Virus record (IMG/VR): IMGVR_UViG_3300017613_000748
Source of the DNA: a virus
Length of the DNA stretch: 55,850 bases
Reading direction: 5' to 3' (one strand)
A program made the position numbers and the translations under genes. This document shows positions 19,016-26,657 of the stretch, one piece after another; position 1 is the stretch's first letter; each line of letters starts with the position of its first letter. The notes under the pieces were generated by a model. It was not told where the DNA came from and searched no databases. It was given only the letters and a program-made list of their open reading frames with translations.

Positions 19016-19456
19016 TTATGCAACCTGCCTTCTATTGACCGCGATGGTCTTTCCATCCAGGTGATCTATTTCATGCTGTACACAGAAAGCAGCCAAGCCC
19101 GTCAGCTTGCGCCGGATCTTCTCCCAGCTCCGGTTATAACCCTCTACAGTGACGCTTTTGTAGCGGATCATCATAACTTCCATCCCGGGAAACGACAGAC
19201 ACCCCTCTTTGGAGCTGTCTTTTGCCTTGCCTCGTTTTACTATTACTGGATTAATGATCTCCTGCTTTAGACCCTTGACATGAATAACAATACACCTCTT
19301 CAGTTCTCCAATCTGGTTGGCAGCTAGGCCTATGCCTTTGTGGTGGTACATCACGGCCCACAAATTATCTACCAAGAGACCCACCTCACTACCCACTTCG
19401 ATAGGTTCAGCCACGCTGGTAAGCGCGGGATGGCTGTTTTTCCTGATCTCAAGCAT
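19016..19456 (-). CDS. def: Peptide deformylase (146 aa)
   Basis: All three PDF motifs are present: GIGLAANQIG, EGCLSFPG and QHEIDHLDG. Confidence 0.9.
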   Translation of the reverse strand: MLEIRKNSHPALTSVAEPIEVGSEVGLLVDNLWAVMYHHKGIGLAANQIGELKRCIVIHVKGLKQEIINPVIVKRGKAKDSSKEGCLSFPGMEVMMIRYKSVTVEGYNRSWEKIRRKLTGLAAFCVQHEIDHLDGKTIAVNRRQVA

Positions 19457-19527
19457 CAGAACCACCCATGAAGAACCGCCAACACATAGCCAATAATGGC
19501 GGCTATCGTGGGGATTACAATGTGCAT
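19456..19527 (-). CDS. Candidate 23-aa hydrophobic peptide (MHIVIPTIAAIIGYVLAVLHGWF)
   Basis: Not in the ORF track because it is under 60 aa. Its TGA overlaps the def ATG (TGATG). Consists of a single TM-like segment. Confidence 0.3.
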   Translation of the reverse strand: MHIVIPTIAAIIGYVLAVLHGWF

Positions 19528-19546
19528 CAAGAAATCATGCGTAACA

Positions 19547-19870
19547 CTACCCGCCATTCTTTTCACAGCACGCCTCCACCTCTTCGCATTTCAGCTCCAA
19601 CGATTGAATCCTGAAACCCAGCGCCCTAACCTCCGGCATTGCTCTCGAATCTCGACCAAGCTCAAATCGCACATCATGTATGTGGTTTTCAATAGCACGG
19701 ACCTGCTCCTTCAATGCTCGGCCTTCTGTGCCAGTGAAAGGATCAGGCCTGGGGTCTGTGCCCAGATTCAATCCTAAGCTGGCGCCTCCACCTCCAATCA
19801 AGGCGGCGATCAAGAGAGACATCAAATCTTTCGTTTTTTCCATGGGTGCATTTACCTGTTCCTTATTCAT
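19547..19870 (-). CDS. Membrane-anchored coiled-coil protein (107 aa); spanin- or holin-like candidate
   Basis: N-terminal TM segment LMSLLIAALIGGGGASLGLNLG followed by a helical region. Located in the lysis neighbourhood. Confidence 0.45.
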   Translation of the reverse strand: MNKEQVNAPMEKTKDLMSLLIAALIGGGGASLGLNLGTDPRPDPFTGTEGRALKEQVRAIENHIHDVRFELGRDSRAMPEVRALGFRIQSLELKCEEVEACCEKNGG

Positions 19871-19892
19871 TGTTCATTGTTGTTTGTTATAG

Positions 19893-20354
19893 TTAAACGC
19901 CCCAGCCATCAAAATCATCAAAGTCATCATCCGGTTCTTTATTCCAGTTGCCCCGGCCACCTATACGAACAGCGGCATACATTAGCTTCCGTTGAAACCA
20001 GTTGATTCCAATCTCTTCCATAGCCTCAAGGAATATCCTATCGGCTTCTTTTTTAGTGAACCGGATAGTTAAATCAGTGTAAATATAATCATGGATAACA
20101 GCCGCTTCCCGGTACTTCCCACCAGGCGGGCTGAAATTCCACAAACCACGGGGCACGCTTGCAAGGTCGGTGTTATACCCTTCCGGCACGGTGATAGTGC
20201 TGCCCCGCTTAGTCACATAGACAAACGGCTTATAGATGATCCTGAAAGGCGTCCCTCTGACTGACTCCATGATTAACGCGTTCTTGAACGACATTCGCCT
20301 TACACTCCCGCACCGGTACAACCACCAGGCGCAGCTCCCCCCGGATCCATACAC
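19893..20354 (-). CDS. DUF1353-like protein
   Basis: VPEGYNTDLASVPRGLW...GKYREAAVIHDYIY...KEADRIFLEAM pattern. The true start may be the ATG at 20294. Confidence 0.6.
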   Translation of the reverse strand: MYGSGGSCAWWLYRCGSVRRMSFKNALIMESVRGTPFRIIYKPFVYVTKRGSTITVPEGYNTDLASVPRGLWNFSPPGGKYREAAVIHDYIYTDLTIRFTKKEADRIFLEAMEEIGINWFQRKLMYAAVRIGGRGNWNKEPDDDFDDFDGWGV

Positions 20355-20415
20355 GGATCGTTCTGGATTTCAGGGTAGTATTCATGGTTTGGTGTCTTGG
20401 TTGATAGGATTTTCA

Positions 20416-21204
20416 TCAGACTCTCACCAGCTCTGATGTGCGGTATGATCTATTTTGCAGGACTAAAGCGGCTTCATGGTCCCTGCGTTTCAGTAGTCCC
20501 GGCAGGTTCTTTCCTCGCCATAATCGCTTCATTGAGGTGATTTGAGCGGCTATTCCCTCATAGTCCCGGTCCAGAACCAGCGGAGCAATGGCTTTCATTT
20601 CTCTTCGACTGCCTCCGCTTTTTCTGGTTCCCCGGTTATATACCAGCGAAAGAATCGCGGCCTGGGCTCCTGGATGCAACTTATTCAGTTCCGGGTATGC
20701 TTTCAGTGCCATGGCCGCGTATCTGGGAAGCGTGGAGTTAAAAAACACCTCCTCTGCGGCTTCCAAAGGGATTGTGACAGCTTTAACCATCCCCAAGCGG
20801 CGCTTTGCTTCCTTCCCACTTTTTCCGGAAACCAGCAACAAAAGCTCAAGACATCTGTCAGGAAGGTGTTTCCTCCAGTCTTTCTTGATTCTGGACTTGC
20901 TTTGCGCTCCAAGGTCATAACCAATGCCGATTGTCACCCCAGAGCTGCCGCCTGGCCAGACTGGGCGGGTTAGGCGCTTACGGTAGTATGACGCTGAACT
21001 GATTTCATGGCGTACCAGTTGCTTTAGCCCTCCCTGAGATACCGTCAGGGAATGATTCGGCGCTTGGATGGGTGCTGCGATCTCACCAAACAGCTCGTTT
21101 TCCAGGGCCGTCAGCGTTGCAGGCCCAATCAGGCCGCCTGCGGTTAGTCGCAGATGTTTCTGAATACGCTTAATGCGTGCTGTGATTGATGGTTTAAACG
21201 CCAT
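20416..21204 (-). CDS. Endolysin: N-terminal peptidoglycan-binding repeat plus lysozyme-like (T4L/pesticin-type) domain
   Basis: IKRIQKHLRLTAGGLIGPATLTALE resembles PG_binding_1. HEISS...GVTIGIGYDLG resembles the T4-lysozyme E...TIGIGH core. Confidence 0.65.
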   Translation of the reverse strand: MAFKPSITARIKRIQKHLRLTAGGLIGPATLTALENELFGEIAAPIQAPNHSLTVSQGGLKQLVRHEISSASYYRKRLTRPVWPGGSSGVTIGIGYDLGAQSKSRIKKDWRKHLPDRCLELLLLVSGKSGKEAKRRLGMVKAVTIPLEAAEEVFFNSTLPRYAAMALKAYPELNKLHPGAQAAILSLVYNRGTRKSGGSRREMKAIAPLVLDRDYEGIAAQITSMKRLWRGKNLPGLLKRRDHEAALVLQNRSYRTSELVRV

Positions 21205-21224
21205 GATATTCCTGGGTGTTCAGA

Positions 21225-21261
21225 AAGAGAAAACCCGCACCTGGGGCAGATCCAGGGCGGG
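21225..21261 (-). terminator. Intrinsic terminator about 35-70 nt downstream of the late promoter (tR'-like)
   Basis: Minus strand reads CCCGCCCTGG-atctgcc-CCAGGTGCGGG followed by TTTTCTCTTTCT. Confidence 0.65.
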
Positions 21262-21302
21262 CTTTGGTTGGCTAGAGGCAGTAATGGACACTAGACAAAT
21301 GA

Positions 21303-21331
21303 TGTATACCAAAAGGGCAAAAGTGTGTCAA
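21303..21331 (-). promoter_or_regulatory. Sigma70-type promoter (candidate late promoter, PR'-like)
   Basis: Minus strand reads TTGACA (21331-21326), a 17-nt spacer, then TATACA (21308-21303). Confidence 0.6.
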
Positions 21332-21363
21332 ATGTCAGAAGGCAGATAATTGGCGCCTTTTTC

Positions 21364-21939
21364 CTACTTCCGCCCTGCCATTTGCGCCAGGTCATCACAG
21401 ATATTGTCCAGAACAACCCCAACATCCTCAGCCATGAGCTTTGCAAGCCGGGTAAGAATCGATATCTTTAGCTCGTAATCCCCAATCTCAACAGGCCTTA
21501 GTCGGCGCTCAAGGTCGTCCAGTTCCATTGAGATATTCTGTTTGGTAGCTGAAAATTTCATTTTAGTGTTAGCGGCTTCTATCGCGTCTTGGTCTGGCAT
21601 GGGCTTTGTCTCCGGTTGAGTTATCTGCTTTGGTACCATGGGTGCCTGTTTGGGCTTTGATCTTGGTTTAGGGGCTTTCCTGACCTTCTTGACCTCCGGC
21701 TTCTTGGGGGAGGGCCAATCTTTTACTCCCGCCCCATTGTGATACCCCTTGTGAACATACTTGCCTGGCTGCCATTCCCTGATCACTGCGTCCCGCTTCA
21801 TGGCTTTTAGTGCCATGAGAATGATTTCCTCTGACTGCGGCATTTGTGCCCGTTCGCGGATTTCGGCGGCGGTTACCGGTGCGTTAAGACTTTTAAGCAC
21901 ATCCAGGAGCCGGCGGCGTATTGTTGATTCTATGGCCAT
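21364..21939 (-). CDS. Winged-helix-like protein with a basic linker (191 aa)
   Basis: MAIESTIRRRLLDVLKSLNAPVTAAEIRERAQ looks like a wHTH. Start set at ATG 21939, one nt after the stop of the small upstream ORF. Confidence 0.6.
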   Translation of the reverse strand: MAIESTIRRRLLDVLKSLNAPVTAAEIRERAQMPQSEEIILMALKAMKRDAVIREWQPGKYVHKGYHNGAGVKDWPSPKKPEVKKVRKAPKPRSKPKQAPMVPKQITQPETKPMPDQDAIEAANTKMKFSATKQNISMELDDLERRLRPVEIGDYELKISILTRLAKLMAEDVGVVLDNICDDLAQMAGRK

Positions 21940-21940
21940 G

Positions 21941-22060
21941 TTATTTCCCTTTGCTCCTCTTATCCCCACCCATAGCCCTATACGCCCAGATCGCGCAGCA
22001 GAAGAAAGCACCAGCTGCGCCGAGCACCACTCCGATTAGTAGATCCATGTTTAGTTCCAT
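21941..22060 (-). CDS. Candidate 39-aa membrane peptide
   Basis: GAGGAGG SD upstream of ATG 22060. Sequence MELNMDLLIGVVLGAAGAFFCCAIWAYRAMGGDKRSKGK. Not in the ORF track. Confidence 0.45.
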   Translation of the reverse strand: MELNMDLLIGVVLGAAGAFFCCAIWAYRAMGGDKRSKGK

Positions 22061-22115
22061 ACCGCTTACCTCCTCAATTGGACCTGCGGCCAATTAGCTC
22101 TTTGTTATGCCGATA

Positions 22116-22430
22116 TCATGTCTTCTTCAACCTTGATTCAGCTTTAATAACTTCTTGTGCAAGCCAGTGGTATCCGTATACACCATCCAGCAGCGCACAC
22201 TTGAACTCATGCAGCGCATCATTCCAGCCAGCGCGGTATCCACTTACGTATGGAGCTTGCGTTTCATGTTGAGGGTTTGTCACTCCGTCGTAAACGGCCT
22301 TTTTTATGCGCGCGTCATCGTCAGCTTTCATGACCTGTAATAGGTAGTCCATCGCGTTATCAATGGATTGATATTCTTCTTCGGTTTTGTAAATATCCAG
22401 TGTTTGCTTTACCGCTTCTTGTACATTCAC
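22116..22430 (-). CDS. Hypothetical protein (104 aa)
   Basis: GTG start with a GGAGGA SD. Confidence 0.6.
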   Translation of the reverse strand: MNVQEAVKQTLDIYKTEEEYQSIDNAMDYLLQVMKADDDARIKKAVYDGVTNPQHETQAPYVSGYRAGWNDALHEFKCALLDGVYGYHWLAQEVIKAESRLKKT

Positions 22431-22506
22431 CTGTATTCCTCCAAGTCACGCCATAACAAGGCGCTCAAATTGGACGCACAAACAGCGTGCGCCATTTAGC
22501 TGGTCG

Positions 22507-22782
22507 TTATGGCGCCAAAAGACTTTCCTTATTGTCTTCTTCAAAACAACGCAAATCATCTTCTGCTTCTTTTAACTCGCCACGCTTTTCTTCTACTGCT
22601 TCCTTCAAGGCTAAGTGTTCAAATTGAAGCTCTTCTAAACGCTCAAAAGCCTCTTCCATTTCTTCTTCACTGTGAAATTCTTGTATAGCCATCCTCTCTT
22701 CTCCAGTTCGCGTCATAACAAGCCTGTCATCACACAATCCTCCAGTAACCCAATACCAAGAGCCCTGCCAATGCCCGTCCAA
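22507..22782 (-). CDS. Hypothetical acidic coiled-coil protein
   Basis: ORF. An internal Met (MAIQEF...) may be the true start. Confidence 0.5.
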   Translation of the reverse strand: MDGHWQGSWYWVTGGLCDDRLVMTRTGEERMAIQEFHSEEEMEEAFERLEELQFEHLALKEAVEEKRGELKEAEDDLRCFEEDNKESLLAP

Positions 22783-22825
22783 GGCAAACTTTCGTTAAAA
22801 ACGGCAAGGCCCTTGGTGTTGGGCG

Positions 22826-23086
22826 CTATGTCATTCGTTCGAACCAACACCAATAATCAACCTTGGTTTCATCCCCTTGTTCAGCCGGCCAGTGCCCAGC
22901 CGATTGAAATACTGTGCCGCAGGAACCGCACCACCCGTTGTTTGCTGAAAACTTATAGTCTTGCCCTGGCTTGCCGCACTCCGGACAGGTAAAGAGTCCA
23001 TATTTACCACCTGCCTGCCTCACCAGCAGCGGTCGATCATAAACATGACCATGAGGGTACTCGTCTATTTCATCCCTCGTTATCAC
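22826..23086 (-). CDS. Zinc-ribbon protein (86 aa)
   Basis: CPEC...CGSC four-Cys arrangement. Confidence 0.55.
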   Translation of the reverse strand: MITRDEIDEYPHGHVYDRPLLVRQAGGKYGLFTCPECGKPGQDYKFSANNGWCGSCGTVFQSAGHWPAEQGDETKVDYWCWFERMT

Positions 23087-23088
23087 CG

Positions 23089-23232
23089 TCAGATCAACCT
23101 GTCCTGCAGCTTCTTTGCTTCAACCACCGCCTTCTCCAGTCTTTGCACCAGCAGCCCCTGGCCTTTGGTGAATGGCACGGCGGCCGCGGTCAATTCTTTT
23201 AGTGCCCTTTTTAGTTTTTGGTTCTTGGTCAT
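23089..23232 (-). CDS. Hypothetical protein (47 aa, MTKNQKLKRALKEL...)
   Basis: ATGA overlap with the 56-aa ORF. The longer version in the ORF track is an out-of-frame extension over that ORF. Confidence 0.45.
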   Translation of the reverse strand: MTKNQKLKRALKELTAAAVPFTKGQGLLVQRLEKAVVEAKKLQDRLI

Positions 23233-23399
23233 TGTTTCTTTCTCCTCACTGCCCACAAGCCGATCAAAGCGATCAGCACCGGTACCACCACACCAGTAGC
23301 CCAAAGATAGACCGGCGTGCCCGTATCTGGCGGAGGTGTCGGTTGGATAATCACTTGCTGTATCGGTTCTTCATAACCACCCGCATAGACTTTATTCAT
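23229..23399 (-). CDS. Candidate 56-aa C-terminally membrane-anchored protein
   Basis: TGATG coupling to the upstream gene. C-terminal TM segment VVVPVLIALIGLWAV followed by RRKKQ. Not in the ORF track. Confidence 0.45.
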   Translation of the reverse strand: MNKVYAGGYEEPIQQVIIQPTPPPDTGTPVYLWATGVVVPVLIALIGLWAVRRKKQ

Positions 23400-23800
23400 C
23401 ACAATATCCCCTTATATCTTTCCATTCCCTCTTTTCCGTCTGTTTTTTCCATAAGCAATAATTTTGCATAAGTTATATCTAATACCGGCCTCTTTAACTC
23501 CTCGATCGCCACTTCATACAATTCTTGATAAAACTCATACTGACCTCGCTCCCACTCTTGGTGCTGAAGATCAATTTCCATAAACACAGCATCTTCTAAT
23601 GATCCGCCATGCCTCTCATGCATTTCTTTTTTATAAGCATCACAAACACCTTGATTAGCCTCCAGCCACAAGAACGCCTCTCGCGAATTCACATCAACCA
23701 CGCCATGCTCTCGCTTGTACAGAAATTGACATGCATACGCTAATGCTCTTGGAGACAGAAAAGCTGGCGTACTACTTGGAAAACAACAAGTCATACTCAC
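23399..23800 (-). CDS. Hypothetical protein (133 aa)
   Basis: ORF in the operon. Confidence 0.6.
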   Translation of the reverse strand: MSMTCCFPSSTPAFLSPRALAYACQFLYKREHGVVDVNSREAFLWLEANQGVCDAYKKEMHERHGGSLEDAVFMEIDLQHQEWERGQYEFYQELYEVAIEELKRPVLDITYAKLLLMEKTDGKEGMERYKGIL

Positions 23801-24480
23801 AATATCCCCTTTTCCTGCAGCGCCTGGGTTAGTGCCAGGTCTGCGTTATCAAGCCAAAGATCAACATGCATCGCTATCTTGGCCGCATATGGATCCCACG
23901 ACCGCCGGTAACAGCTCCGCGTTACGTTTATATTTCTGATCATGGATGCCTTAGTCAAACGCCCCCCACCTTCCTGGCGCCGCTTCCCCTCGATCACCAG
24001 CAAGGCCAAAGCGCGCATCTTGGCTATGGTTCTCTGTCTCTGCTTCCCGGGTCCATCCCAAACCAAGTGGGCTAACTGGTCAGCTGTGTCCAGCGTGTAC
24101 CTGTTTATCCCGTAAACGTGGCGGTAAAGAGCCCCAGCTGGATTCCTGACAGTAGACAAGGCGACCGATATGGTTTCCGCCAGGTCCAGCAACCTGGTGT
24201 TTGTAATCAGCTCGCCATTGGCATCAACACTTGGAGAGGTGGTTCGTCGGTTCCTGGCCCTGACTTCGCCTCCCAACTGGGATAGGTTGCGATCTCCCAA
24301 ATGGATCAGGAAGCCATCAGCCCAACTGACAGCTTGGGCAGCACCAATGAAAGAGCGAGGCCACACCTCATCCTCAGTTGTTATTATTGCCAAACTCGTC
24401 CTCCGCTTCATCACTGCCTGGCTCGTAATCAAAAAAACAACACCCCTTGCCGATTGTAGGAAACCCCAGCGAATAGCCAT
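23797..24480 (-). CDS. Hypothetical protein; weak candidate for a Q-type antiterminator or other HTH regulator
   Basis: Two HTH-like segments (ALYRHVYGINRYTLDTADQLAHLV and MIRNINVTRSCYRRSW). The start is uncertain because it overlaps the 72-aa ORF. Confidence 0.3.
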   Translation of the reverse strand: MAIRWGFLQSARGVVFLITSQAVMKRRTSLAIITTEDEVWPRSFIGAAQAVSWADGFLIHLGDRNLSQLGGEVRARNRRTTSPSVDANGELITNTRLLDLAETISVALSTVRNPAGALYRHVYGINRYTLDTADQLAHLVWDGPGKQRQRTIAKMRALALLVIEGKRRQEGGGRLTKASMIRNINVTRSCYRRSWDPYAAKIAMHVDLWLDNADLALTQALQEKGIL

Positions 24481-24592
24481 GATCGGCCTGCACCTGGCAC
24501 CAAACGCTCATTGTTGGCGGCGTAATCTCCTGCGCCCTGTATTTGCTGCAGGACTTACAGGAAAAGACATTGTTTAATAATTCAATCGTCAT
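24374..24592 (-). CDS. Hypothetical Cys-containing protein (72 aa)
   Basis: ORF whose start overlaps the methyltransferase stop. Confidence 0.45.
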   Translation of the reverse strand: MTIELLNNVFSCKSCSKYRAQEITPPTMSVWCQVQADHGYSLGFPTIGKGCCFFDYEPGSDEAEDEFGNNNN

Positions 24593-25205
24593 GATCCAGC
24601 AGCGCCATTTGTCTGGTCTCTTGATCGAATCGGGCTTTTGCTGCTGCGTAGTAATCCGGGTCTATCTCGCAGCCCACGAAATCACAACCGAAGTAGTGAG
24701 CAGCTATCGCGCTTGATCCGCTGCCGAGGTGAGTGTCTAGGATTCGCTGGCCGGGCTTGGCGTAGTTGGTTAGCAACCATTCGTAGAGTTTTACGGGCTT
24801 TTGGCATGGATGAATTACATTTTCCTTTCTGTTTATATTTTGCCATTTTATATGTACATAATCGACCCGCGCCAACCTGTCATAACTCGCAATCTCACAA
24901 ATTGACATATTGCTTTCTCTAGGGACTTGCTTATTCCATACGATAGCGCCGCCCCTTCCGTCCACAAAATTATAATAATTGCTCCCCCATATAATCCTGT
25001 GCTTAGATACTCTTACCAACTCCGTGAAGTATTCTGCCGACGGCGGGCTATCATTCCATGTGACAGGTTCACCCCGGACATTCCCTGTAGTTTGAACCCA
25101 ATTCCCTATCCCATAAGGAGGATCAACAATCGCCAAATCAAAGGCATTATCCGGCTGTGTTGCCATGTATTCCATGCAATCCACATTTAGTAATTCAACA
25201 TTCAC
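24582..25205 (-). CDS. DNA N6-adenine/N4-cytosine methyltransferase (beta class)
   Basis: Motif IV DPPYG precedes motif I DTHLGSGSS, which is the permuted order typical of N6_N4_Mtase. Confidence 0.85.
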   Translation of the reverse strand: MNVELLNVDCMEYMATQPDNAFDLAIVDPPYGIGNWVQTTGNVRGEPVTWNDSPPSAEYFTELVRVSKHRIIWGSNYYNFVDGRGGAIVWNKQVPRESNMSICEIASYDRLARVDYVHIKWQNINRKENVIHPCQKPVKLYEWLLTNYAKPGQRILDTHLGSGSSAIAAHYFGCDFVGCEIDPDYYAAAKARFDQETRQMALLDHDD

Positions 25206-25384
25206 TCGCCCTTATGCTCCTGGATTTCCTTGCGCAAAACGCCTTTCTGGTAAAACTCCTCAACTGTCCTACCGCTCCTTTTCCACTCTTGATTGTCAGG
25301 ATCCCAGACAAACAGAAAGTCACGAAGGCCGATTTTGTAAAAGAGCGTACCTATTCTCCGCTGAAAATCAGCCGGGGCATTCAT
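25202..25384 (-). CDS. Hypothetical protein (60 aa)
   Basis: ORF coupled to the methyltransferase gene. Confidence 0.5.
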   Translation of the reverse strand: MNAPADFQRRIGTLFYKIGLRDFLFVWDPDNQEWKRSGRTVEEFYQKGVLRKEIQEHKGE

Positions 25385-25497
25385 TGCTGGATCCCCAGCA
25401 GCAGGAACAACACCCGGGCTATGATCAAAACATCAAAGACAGCCAGGAAGTAGAAAATAAAACCGGCATCTTTCATTTGTCGCATAAATGAACTCAT
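25381..25497 (-). CDS. Candidate 38-aa membrane peptide
   Basis: ATG 25497 lies one nt after the upstream stop. TM segment FIFYFLAVFDVLIIARVLFLLLG. Confidence 0.4.
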   Translation of the reverse strand: MSSFMRQMKDAGFIFYFLAVFDVLIIARVLFLLLGIQQ

Positions 25498-25498
25498 A

Positions 25499-25780
25499 TC
25501 AACCCTCCTTTCCAATTGTGAGGCCCATACTCTCGGCCACGTCCAGATGTTCCCCAAGGTGCTTTTCAAGGCCAATCACGGTCCTGATAGCCCTATCTCG
25601 GTCATCAGTGTAGATATCCCTCATTTTCAGCGTCAGCAGTGCGATATTGGCTTTGCAGATGATAATATCAGCCTTGACGCGGATTGCTTTCTTTGTCCGT
25701 AAATGCTTGGCCGCGCCCAAGCACCGCTGGATGATCTTCTCTGCCCTTGGATCCATTATTCTTGCTGCGTGCATTGACAT
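25499..25780 (-). CDS. Hypothetical protein (93 aa)
   Basis: ORF. Confidence 0.55.
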   Translation of the reverse strand: MSMHAARIMDPRAEKIIQRCLGAAKHLRTKKAIRVKADIIICKANIALLTLKMRDIYTDDRDRAIRTVIGLEKHLGEHLDVAESMGLTIGKEG

Positions 25781-25808
25781 TAGTTTGCCGCTCCTTTGAT
25801 TATTGTTT

Positions 25809-26150
25809 TCATTTCCGCATCAGTGCCATATATTCGCTGGTGAGGTTTTGGAGATCATTAGGTGACATAGGCGCTTTAGGCTTATATCCGTGTGGACATT
25901 TCAATCTTCCGCTATCTACCACCCCAAATACCCTGCACAAATACGGCCTTTTGTCATAAACGGAACATTTGCCCTCACAGATAAAACTACAATCCATAGT
26001 TCCTGGCTTAAAAGGCGTTATTTGTTCGGCAAGCTCCAGCCTGTTTGCTTCATATTCAGTCATGGGCACTGGGCCACAACAGTCTGTACAACCCTCCTTG
26101 CATGTAAAAGCAGGTATTTTTTTATAAATCCTTCTGTGTGCGGCCCGCAT
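25809..26150 (-). CDS. YkgJ-family Zn/Fe-chelating Cys-cluster protein
   Basis: CKEGCTDCC ... CSVYDKRPYLCRVF matches the CxxxCxxCC ... C.iY..RP..Cr.F pattern. Confidence 0.65.
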   Translation of the reverse strand: MRAAHRRIYKKIPAFTCKEGCTDCCGPVPMTEYEANRLELAEQITPFKPGTMDCSFICEGKCSVYDKRPYLCRVFGVVDSGRLKCPHGYKPKAPMSPNDLQNLTSEYMALMRK

Positions 26151-26153
26151 TAT

Positions 26154-26657
26154 TTATCCTCCCGCCCTATTTATTTTGTTTCTCATTTCCACACAAGCCT
26201 CTATGCCCTTCTCTCGGTCAACTACCGGTTTGGGTAGCTTCAGAAAGTCCCTGTGTGCTGGGTGTTGCTTTGCTCCTTTGAGCCCTGCCTTGTAGAAATC
26301 CCCGGGAACTGGCGGCCATTCCATCTGCTTCTCGCACGCCTCCAGGCCTGCCTTGATCTGCTCTGGTGTCATCTTCGCCAGGAAATAGCCATAATCGGCT
26401 TTTGTTTCCTCGTATTCCTTAGTGCTCGATAGTTTTGCTGTCCACTTCTCCCGGTATATCTGTTTCATCCTGGCCATGAATGCCGCCAATGATTGCTCCA
26501 GGGCCAAAGCATCGCTCGATGTCTGCTTGGATGAGGGCTCTTGCAACTTGGTGTTTGTTTTTACCTGACCCATTGCCTTGGTTGCTGTGCGAATTGCCTT
26601 TTCCATTTCTTGTCTCCAGGTAGCTCTTAACCGGCAGTTCCAGATATGCCGGGCCAA
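26154..26657 (-). CDS. Lambda P-like replication (helicase-loader) protein; start uncertain
   Basis: W..KL...MTPEQIKAGLEACEKQMEWPPVPGDFYKA resembles lambda P (W..AF..GIT.EQV.AG...PFLPSPGQFV). Overlaps the O-like ORF by 239 nt. Confidence 0.55.
   Translation of the reverse strand: MARHIWNCRLRATWRQEMEKAIRTATKAMGQVKTNTKLQEPSSKQTSSDALALEQSLAAFMARMKQIYREKWTAKLSSTKEYEETKADYGYFLAKMTPEQIKAGLEACEKQMEWPPVPGDFYKAGLKGAKQHPAHRDFLKLPKPVVDREKGIEACVEMRNKINRAGG

Noticed and set aside
21364-22011. 215-aa version of the wHTH gene, and its interpretation as a lambda-Q-type antiterminator
   Set aside because: The first 24 codons overlap a well-supported 39-aa ORF with a strong SD, so the start was moved to 21939. 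The protein has no Zn-finger Cys residues or other Q signatures I can recognise, so the Q call is not made.
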